Shown here: one piece after another, positions 25,334-32,000 of the stretch
Numbering within the stretch: position 1 is the first letter of the stretch
Layout of the letters: every line of letters begins with the position of its first letter
Source: Candidatus Methanoperedens sp.
Lineage (GTDB): Archaea > Halobacteriota > Methanosarcinia > Methanosarcinales > Methanoperedenaceae
Reading direction: 5' to 3'
Assembly (NCBI GenBank): GCA_027460535.1
Contig: JAPZAR010000014.1
Coordinates: 30,001 to 62,000, forward strand
Length of the DNA stretch: 32,000 nucleotides
Position numbers and translations under genes: made by a program
The notes under the pieces: model-generated
Database searches by the model: none
What the model saw: the letters and a program-made list of their open reading frames with translations, nothing else
What the model was told of the DNA's origin: nothing

Positions 25334-26689
25334 TTACTCTTTTTTCCCCTTTAAGAAGAATATTACAACAAGCGAAAATACAGCTGCCAGCAATCCAAAC
25401 CCTGGCGTAGATTGTCCAACGGGTTTATTAGTCTCAGTTGGTGTAACTACGGGAGTCTTAATGACCTCAGTTGGAATAACCTCAGGGGTCTTTATAGCTT
25501 CAGTTGTGGTTTCAGGTGTCTTTTTGATCTCAGTAGTTTTGACCGCTGATGGGGTTGCGTCAACACCTGCACTTCCAATTTTTATTAACAAATTCTCACC
25601 TATAGATTCTTGGACAGTTACTATATATCCACCATCCGAGGTTTGCCAGACAGAAGTAGCATCGCCATCGCTAAAACTTCTTTCGAATTTCTTATTCCAT
25701 TGCTCATTACCATTTGTATCAATTTTTATTAGGGCAGCATCGACATCATCACTGCTTGACGATTTTATTGTGGCTGCAATTACATATCCCCCATCTAATG
25801 TTTGTTTAAAATCATTTACAAATTCTGTTCCTACTCCGAAAGTAGTGTTCCTTTGCTCAGCACCCATCGCATCTGTTTTGATGAGCCAAGCCGTTAGTGG
25901 ACGTGCGGTGTAGGTTATTTTTATGATGCGATCACGTATCTCAGCATCGTCACCCTCCATGCTACTACCTGCAATTATATATCCGCCGTCTGCCATCTGA
26001 CTTACAAAATAATTATTATTTATGCTTACTTTCCCTATTGTCCTGTTCCACTGTTCATTTCCATTTGCATCTGTTTTGATAAGGTTCTTCCTACCTACGA
26101 GTAAATATCCGCCATCTGAAGTCTGCTTAATGTCATTATAGTTCTGAAATATTCCAAAGTTTGTAGGAGGGGTCTTGTTCCACTGCTTGTAACCATTTGC
26201 GTCAGTCTTGTAAAGTTCAGACCCTTTTGTGATAATATATCCACCATCTGAGGTTTGCTGAAAAGAGCGACCCCCTTCTATTCTGCTCCACTGCTGGTAA
26301 CCGTTTGGGTCGGTCTTAATCAGATAGTCACCACCTAATATTACATATCCGCCATCTTTATCTTGCAGAACAGAGTTTGCCGGACCAAAACCCTCGTAGA
26401 TTTTACTCCATACCTGATTACCATTTTTATCGGTCTTGATGAGCCAAGCATAAGGTGAATTCTCGACCATTTGGTTTGTTTGGCCTGCGATTATATATCC
26501 ACCATCTTTCGTTTGCTGGACTGAGTGAAACAATTGATTGTATTCTGAATTACTAAAACCTTTCCTCCACTCCTCATTGGGAGCCGCACCAGCGCCGACA
26601 ACTATCGAAGAAAGCATCAGAGCTATTATTATGCCAACGGTAAGGGTTTGTACTGAATATTCACCATATAAGATTCTTCTGTTTATCAT
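25334..26689 (-). CDS. secreted repeat beta-propeller-like protein with PGF-CTERM anchor
   Basis: A signal anchor is followed by seven or more repeats of ..Q(T/K)xDGGYI(I/L).G......LIKTDxNGNxQW... A Thr/Pro-rich linker (TPETTTEAIKTPEVIPTEVIKTPVVTPTE) precedes the C-terminal STPGFGLLAAVFSLVVIFFLKGKKE, which follows the PGF-CTERM archaeosortase pattern. The ATG at 26689 (GGGGTGG upstream) is preferred over the TTG at 26719. Confidence 0.8.
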   Translation of the reverse strand: MINRRILYGEYSVQTLTVGIIIALMLSSIVVGAGAAPNEEWRKGFSNSEYNQLFHSVQQTKDGGYIIAGQTNQMVENSPYAWLIKTDKNGNQVWSKIYEGFGPANSVLQDKDGGYVILGGDYLIKTDPNGYQQWSRIEGGRSFQQTSDGGYIITKGSELYKTDANGYKQWNKTPPTNFGIFQNYNDIKQTSDGGYLLVGRKNLIKTDANGNEQWNRTIGKVSINNNYFVSQMADGGYIIAGSSMEGDDAEIRDRIIKITYTARPLTAWLIKTDAMGAEQRNTTFGVGTEFVNDFKQTLDGGYVIAATIKSSSSDDVDAALIKIDTNGNEQWNKKFERSFSDGDATSVWQTSDGGYIVTVQESIGENLLIKIGSAGVDATPSAVKTTEIKKTPETTTEAIKTPEVIPTEVIKTPVVTPTETNKPVGQSTPGFGLLAAVFSLVVIFFLKGKKE

Positions 26690-27034
26690 AAAACCACCCC
26701 TAAGATGTGCAATTATCAATCATGATATAACTTATATTTGAATATTGTGATTTGAGATTTGAAATGTTTGCTTGCTTGTCTTTTACATTTTACTCCCGTG
26801 CCCCCGTTTTTTAGTGCCACAATTATTATTCTTGTTTAAGATATTCTAACGGATGCACAAGAACGCCCTTCGCCTTCAGTCACCCCAAACCCCGTACGAT
26901 GTACGAGGCCTGCATAATATGCATCAACCCCTATTATTTCTTAATTTTCAACTTCATACTAATTGAAGTGAACGATTCTATATGGCAGGCATTGAAAATC
27001 AAAGAATGGGATAACGTTTGGATAAAAAGCTAAC

Positions 27035-28066
27035 TTAAGGCTCTTTGAGCTTTCCCGTTATCTGCGAGCAGATGTCCTGCGCTTCATTATTGACGGCCAC
27101 GACCTCAATTTCATCAGGGCTACTTGCTCCGAGGCCAAGTTTCGCCGCCCTGGCTATCTGTTCCTGCTGGAATATCTTTCCTCTTGAAACCTCGTTTGTC
27201 GTCCCGTAAATCCGAAGTACTGCCACCCCGACAGCATCAATAGCCACCCGGTCGGTAGAGGCAAGCACGATTCCGGGCTCTATCAGTGTTCCGGTATCTG
27301 GCCCTCCTTTGGAGAAGCCTTTTATCCCGTCCATTATCACGAATTCAGGCTTATATGCGGTGTTGATCTCTGCTATCATCTCCCTCTGGTATCGGGAGGA
27401 GTGGAGCTCTGACATGTAATTATAGCCATCTTCGGGGTCGTATTTCGCCACCATGCCCACACTGTTCTTGAGAGACATGGTGAAGTGCCCTCCGAACCTG
27501 TGGGTTTTCAGGCAGCAGGTCTGTACCACGGCATCTGCTTCCCTGAACACTTTCGGGAAGAGGAACCCACGGCTCCAGTGACTGTCACCGGGATTTTCTT
27601 TTAGCCAACCTTCTGTTTTCAGATCGTCAAGAATAACTGTCTCAAACCCGAGTTTCCCCGCAAGTGCCATAACTCCCGTATCCTCCAGCACCCTTCTGGT
27701 ATCCCCCATGCCGCTCCTCTCAGCCAGAGTGACGCTTGCTCCATTCCCTTTCATTATATCGACGATGCCTGAAAGGGTATCTGGATGAGTGGAAGCCGGA
27801 AATGGATCTGAGCTATTGAAGTTGGCCTTAAGTGCCACTTTCTTGCCGGACAGTTTCTTGATATCGAAATATTTCAGAAGCTCATTGATAGCGATTCTTC
27901 GGTCCTGTGTTTTTATCACATAAACTTTCGAGCCTGAATATCGTGGCAATTCTTCTCCTGTTTCTCCCTGCTTTTTCATTGATATTCCCTCTTTGCTGAT
28001 GCATCCTGAAAAGATGAAAAAGAAAACAACTCCTAACCAATTAAGGAACTCCCGTCGAAATACCAT
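27035..28066 (-). CDS. DUF362-family protein with twin-arginine/lipobox N-terminus
   Basis: 343 aa. MVFRREFLNWLGVVFFFIFSGC gives an RRxFL motif plus a lipobox. The body (KVALKANFNSSDPFPASTHPD..., CCLKTHRFGGHFTMSLKN) resembles DUF362, from memory. Confidence 0.65.
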   Translation of the reverse strand: MVFRREFLNWLGVVFFFIFSGCISKEGISMKKQGETGEELPRYSGSKVYVIKTQDRRIAINELLKYFDIKKLSGKKVALKANFNSSDPFPASTHPDTLSGIVDIMKGNGASVTLAERSGMGDTRRVLEDTGVMALAGKLGFETVILDDLKTEGWLKENPGDSHWSRGFLFPKVFREADAVVQTCCLKTHRFGGHFTMSLKNSVGMVAKYDPEDGYNYMSELHSSRYQREMIAEINTAYKPEFVIMDGIKGFSKGGPDTGTLIEPGIVLASTDRVAIDAVGVAVLRIYGTTNEVSRGKIFQQEQIARAAKLGLGASSPDEIEVVAVNNEAQDICSQITGKLKEP

Positions 28067-28174
28067 ACAAAATAGTGAAATTGCTCAGATATTAAATTTA
28101 CTCAATCCTTTGTGAATGAATAAATTCCTGAAGCTATGCAGATTCAGGCTTGATTGAATATTTGAATTTATCTT

Positions 28175-28462
28175 TTAAGTTTTGACTTTAAATTTTTCCT
28201 CAAGCCAGTCCCCTATTAATGTGCCCACGATAAAAAGCACTGTAAGGATTATGACCTGAATAAACACAACCACGCTTACTATGCCACTGAACAATATCAT
28301 GAGCCCACCGCCCATTAAGGCTCCCAGAAGTATGAAGATGACAGCGAGTATTATCCCGATAAGAATTCCTCTCTTGAATAAAGACATACGGTCTTCCTTG
28401 CCGGGTTTTAAATATCCATAAATTAGCCCAATTATGATAATTAATATTTCGAATAAGACCAT
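28175..28462 (-). CDS. small hydrophobic membrane protein (about 3 TM helices)
   Basis: 95 aa, almost entirely hydrophobic helices. No family was recognised. Confidence 0.5.
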   Translation of the reverse strand: MVLFEILIIIIGLIYGYLKPGKEDRMSLFKRGILIGIILAVIFILLGALMGGGLMILFSGIVSVVVFIQVIILTVLFIVGTLIGDWLEEKFKVKT

Positions 28463-28676
28463 AATCCTCCAGTCGCTATGATATACCCAATTTCATATAT
28501 AACCTCTCCTTTTTTATCCGCACAATGGTTGGGATAAAAAATAATGTCTTAATCTAATATCTGTGCTTCTTGCTTAATACCTGCTCTGGTCTCTTTCTGT
28601 TCATCCACCGCAAGGCGGCACACGGCCAGAATTGAAGAAAAAAACCTTGCCCCAATTAAAATCAAAGTAAAAATAT

Positions 28677-28705
28677 AAAAAAAACGAGCCTGGTAAACCC
28701 AGGCT
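28677..28705 (-). terminator. hairpin plus U8 terminator after the S8 protease gene
   Basis: The minus-strand RNA reads AGCCUGG-GUUUA-CCAGGCU (perfect 7-bp stem, 5-nt loop) beginning 7 nt after the stop. It is followed by CG and UUUUUUUU. Confidence 0.6.
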
Positions 28706-28712
28706 GGAACTT

Positions 28713-31634
28713 TTAATTCAATTTTCCTGTAAAATTCTGATTACCTGTCATATTGTATCCATATACTCCAATGGTCCATGTTCCCGTTGCTGGATTTGAT
28801 ACATTGAGCGCTTCAGTTACCGTATTTGACTGGGTTGAACTTGCCGCAGTCTTACCCGATGGATCAAATAGGAACAAGTCCAGATCACTGGTGATATTAT
28901 CCCAACTAATATTGACATTCAGATGGTTGGAATTGATATTTGTGTTATAATATCTCCATGCTTTTTTCTGGATCTCGCCGGCAAAATCACCTGGGTATGC
29001 GATATTCGTTCCCACATTCACTGATATGGGGACTTTTATGGTCTGTCCATCTGATGCAGATACGCTCAATTCTCCCGTATAATAACCATTCACATCCCCG
29101 GGTGGTGCCAGATGGGAAGCAAAATGCTTGCTGGATGATCCCGGAATGAATAATGAATTCGGTTCGTTCGTTATCCATTCCGTATTCTTTGAAACTACAG
29201 CATAATCTCCACGATAGTGTTCTGTAGCATCGCCTTCAGCAAAACCCATTGTGACATTAGCTCTCCATGTCCCTGGTATCGGATCCTTTATTTTAACACT
29301 GGAGGATTGAGGTGCAAATAATCCGGCACTTACCCCATTGACCCACATACCGTTAGGATCATAAATATCCGCAAAGATATAACCCAGATTATCCAGTGCA
29401 GTTAAAGTAAAAGTGTACTGGGAGGAACCCTCCGGAATTTCAAATGTATGCGACATCATACTTCCATTATTATTACTGTAGTTGACCTCACCATTGAAGC
29501 TTCCGCTAGCCAAATTATTTGGAATATTCATATACGCATCCACAAGGATGGATTTTCTATAATTTCCTGTATTCGTAACAGTGAAATCCTGGACAATATT
29601 GCTCCCTGTAGATATTGTTGTATTAGGACTCCACGACAAGGGCTGTAATTTAAGCGATTGCAGATATGTTGTTAGTGTTACAGGCACCTCCTGGACCGTT
29701 GGATCATAAGCCCATGAATCAAGAAGTATCATCCATCTTCCAGGTTTGGGATTGGATGCTGAAACTGTTGTAGATGTCTTATCCTGACTAATATAGGAAT
29801 AGTCCACGAATTCACCATAGGGATCGATCAGATACACATAAGTGTACGCAGGCAGGTTCGTGGAATTCAATATGGACGAAATGCCAGGAATGCCTTGGGT
29901 CACATTGAAATAATAATATTTAGTTCCCTCTCCACCAAAATCTGATGATTTTATTTTAATATTTTCGTTGAATTCTGACTTACCGCTAACGAAATTCATT
30001 GGTGTATCTTCTAACATCGGAACTCTTGCTGTCAGTGTTTTTCCGTTGTATAATACAATATTACCGGAATGTATACCTGTCGATAAGCCTGATGGAATTC
30101 CTACTGAAGCAGTTATGCTTTTTGTCTGTCCCGGATTGATTGTGACTTTGTCCTTTGAGAATTTTACTGTGAGATCCCCTGTATATTTCAAGGACAGTGT
30201 TATTTTATTTTTTCCATTGTTAATGATTTTAAGTGTTTCCTTGTTGTTTGTACCTGGATTCTTTAAATAACTTAAACTAACAGGGCTTATGGTAACAATA
30301 TTATCCACAGCCGCTAGAGCATCTATCCTTCCTGCACCCTGGGTTATGGGATCATATCCAAGGTCAACGCCTGTATTCATCAACCGTTGCTTTATCTGCT
30401 CATTAGTCAGACCCGGATGTGCCTGTAACATCAGGGCTGCAACTCCTGAAACATGTGGGGTTGCCATGGAGGTTCCAGATAGGGCCATATAATATTTATC
30501 TACTCCATAACCTGGATACCATTCTCCCAGCAATGATCCTGCTGATAAGGTTGAAACGATCCCCAATCCCGCTGGATTTGAATCTATATACGCTGCGCCA
30601 CCAGGAGCGACTACTTCAGGCTTGATCCTGTGATCCCATGTCGGTCCCTGGGAACTATAATCCGCGATCTTATCCATTTTTGTGCTTGCACCTACTGCAA
30701 TTACCTTCTCGGCAGTCGCAGGTGAGCCAATAAGGAAAGGCGCACCACTATTTCCAGCCGCGACTATTACAACAACACCCGCATCTACGGCTGCATTAGC
30801 TGTCATAGCCACAGGATCAGTGCCGTCCGGCGGCCATACATCTGTCCCAAGGCTCATGGAAATTATATCAGCACCATTATCGACTGCATACTCCATCCCT
30901 GACATAACTGATGATGCTAAACCAGATCCATCATTACCAAGGACTTTTACGTTCATTAACGATGCTCCTGGAGCCACTCCTTTATATTTACCATTGGAAG
31001 ATGCTCCGCTGCTCGCTATTATGCCTGCCACATGAGTGCCATGGCCAAATCCGTCCTCTGGTGATTCACCATTTACAAAAGATATCTCATCAACGACCTT
31101 ACCCTTCAGGTCTGGATGATTTGAATCTATACCAGTATCGATCACCGCTACCTTTACTCCGGTTCCATCATATCTCGACCATAATGAATTCGCTTTAATT
31201 ATTGGGACACTATCAAATAGGGCAACTGTTACTTTGAAATCTTCATATATCCTATCAACTTCATCAAGGTTGGCAATATCCTGGATGTCTTTAGCTTTCA
31301 CTTTAGTAGAATATGCGTTCGCCATTTTATGATATTTTATTTTCTTACCCAAGGCTTTTGGTTTTGAACCCAGGGTTAGAAAGTTATTCACATTGTCTTT
31401 ATTTTTATCTTTCTTAATTATAATAATTATATCTTTTTCTTCCTCTTTGTTCTTTTCCATTGATTCCAGGAGTTTTGATTGGATTTTTGAGTCCTGAAAT
31501 TCAATCTTTTGATTTACAATAGTCTTGTAGCCATTTAATTTTCCAGCTTCAAGTTTAGCCCCAACTGTTGGGGTAAAAAGACTTGAAACTATTGCAATGC
31601 CTATAAGCAAAGCTAATATATATTTTTGTTTCAT
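28713..31634 (-). CDS. secreted subtilisin-like serine protease (peptidase S8) with large C-terminal beta-rich extension
   Basis: 973 aa with a Sec-type signal (MKQKYILALLIGIAIVSSLFTPTVGA) and an I9-like propeptide. The catalytic triad contexts are VAVIDTGID (Asp), GHGTHVAGI (His) and SGTSMATPHVSG (Ser). About 500 aa of Ig/PPC-like C-terminal domains follow. Confidence 0.9.
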   Translation of the reverse strand: MKQKYILALLIGIAIVSSLFTPTVGAKLEAGKLNGYKTIVNQKIEFQDSKIQSKLLESMEKNKEEEKDIIIIIKKDKNKDNVNNFLTLGSKPKALGKKIKYHKMANAYSTKVKAKDIQDIANLDEVDRIYEDFKVTVALFDSVPIIKANSLWSRYDGTGVKVAVIDTGIDSNHPDLKGKVVDEISFVNGESPEDGFGHGTHVAGIIASSGASSNGKYKGVAPGASLMNVKVLGNDGSGLASSVMSGMEYAVDNGADIISMSLGTDVWPPDGTDPVAMTANAAVDAGVVVIVAAGNSGAPFLIGSPATAEKVIAVGASTKMDKIADYSSQGPTWDHRIKPEVVAPGGAAYIDSNPAGLGIVSTLSAGSLLGEWYPGYGVDKYYMALSGTSMATPHVSGVAALMLQAHPGLTNEQIKQRLMNTGVDLGYDPITQGAGRIDALAAVDNIVTISPVSLSYLKNPGTNNKETLKIINNGKNKITLSLKYTGDLTVKFSKDKVTINPGQTKSITASVGIPSGLSTGIHSGNIVLYNGKTLTARVPMLEDTPMNFVSGKSEFNENIKIKSSDFGGEGTKYYYFNVTQGIPGISSILNSTNLPAYTYVYLIDPYGEFVDYSYISQDKTSTTVSASNPKPGRWMILLDSWAYDPTVQEVPVTLTTYLQSLKLQPLSWSPNTTISTGSNIVQDFTVTNTGNYRKSILVDAYMNIPNNLASGSFNGEVNYSNNNGSMMSHTFEIPEGSSQYTFTLTALDNLGYIFADIYDPNGMWVNGVSAGLFAPQSSSVKIKDPIPGTWRANVTMGFAEGDATEHYRGDYAVVSKNTEWITNEPNSLFIPGSSSKHFASHLAPPGDVNGYYTGELSVSASDGQTIKVPISVNVGTNIAYPGDFAGEIQKKAWRYYNTNINSNHLNVNISWDNITSDLDLFLFDPSGKTAASSTQSNTVTEALNVSNPATGTWTIGVYGYNMTGNQNFTGKLN

Positions 31635-31683
31635 ATTTATTCCACCTCTAAAGTAAACAAGATTATTTTATTTATTCAGTGCA

Positions 31684-31917
31684 TCACTTTTTTTTGTAAA
31701 TCTCGTCTATTAATCGTCCAGTTTGTTTTGATTCAATAAGTACTTTTTGGTCACAATGATAATGTTGCTCATTAGATGGGTTATTTTTAATAAAGTGATA
31801 TTTTAACTCACATTCGTAAAATATTATTTTGCCGAATAAATTATCACAGCAATTCGTGCGAAAAAGCACGCTATGGATTATAAATTCAAAGATAAAAATG
31901 ATATACAATGGGCGCAC
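31684..31917 (-). CDS. hypothetical small protein (weak call)
   Basis: 77-aa ORF with a GTG start in a very AT-rich region. No motif was recognised, and it could be non-coding. Confidence 0.2.
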   Translation of the reverse strand: MRPLYIIFIFEFIIHSVLFRTNCCDNLFGKIIFYECELKYHFIKNNPSNEQHYHCDQKVLIESKQTGRLIDEIYKKK

Positions 31918-32000
31918 ATGTTAATTTGCTTAAATGCGGAAAAACCATTATGGTCAATGTCACCATCTATTCGAAAAAAGATTGTCATTTATGCCATATT

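Noticed and set aside
28127-28148. Inverted repeat CCTGAA-N10-TTCAGG downstream of the small membrane protein gene, considered as a terminator.
   Set aside because: It has only a 6-bp stem with a 10-nt loop and no adjacent oligo-T tract on the transcribed strand, which is too weak to call.
1-32000. Possibility that the window is from a Borg-like or other giant extrachromosomal element of a methane-oxidising archaeon, suggested by the tandem repeats and methane-metabolism genes.
   Set aside because: Coding strands are mixed in the first 19 kb. Core housekeeping genes (rps6e, prs) are present. The tandem repeats are imperfect WD40 blade repeats rather than perfect intergenic or genic tandem repeats. 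A chromosomal origin is the simpler reading, though it cannot be excluded without context.

Overview
The window looks like a chromosomal segment from a methanogenic or methanotrophic archaeon. It resembles Methanosarcinales or ANME-2d ('Methanoperedens'-type), but lineage cannot be proven without a search. All family assignments come from reading the translated ORFs by eye; no HMM or BLAST search was run.

Coordinates 1-19.3 kb are mostly core genes:
- A tightly overlapping seven-gene operon on the minus strand (atwA-mmp3-mmp6-mmp5-mmp15-mmp17-mmp7), the methyl-coenzyme M reductase (MCR) activation and 'methanogenesis marker' set.
- prs, a ferritin-like protein, ribosomal protein S6e, a DUF255 thioredoxin-domain protein and rubrerythrin.
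- A radical SAM (rSAM) plus JAMM gene pair.
- A PIN/VapC toxin-antitoxin cassette lying between a phosphohexomutase gene and a decayed, frameshifted copy of that gene's 3' end.
- A complete Ku/LigD-type non-homologous end-joining (NHEJ) operon (Pol, Ku, Lig-PE fusion).

Coordinates 19.3-32 kb form a minus-strand cell-surface island that looks more AT-rich:
- Two tandemly duplicated seven-bladed WD40 proteins, each with a twin-arginine (Tat) motif, a lipobox and a conserved Cys-rich C-terminal tail.
- A radical SAM/SPASM enzyme translationally coupled to one of them, plus a truncated second copy of its SPASM end.
- A B-box/zinc-ribbon membrane protein and a repeat beta-propeller protein with a PGF-CTERM anchor.
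- A Tat-lipobox DUF362 protein, a small membrane protein and a 973-aa S8 subtilase.

The best candidate for an undescribed system is the rSAM/SPASM enzyme with the Cys-tailed, Tat-exported WD40 lipoproteins. I did not identify any rRNA gene, tRNA gene, CRISPR array or transposase.
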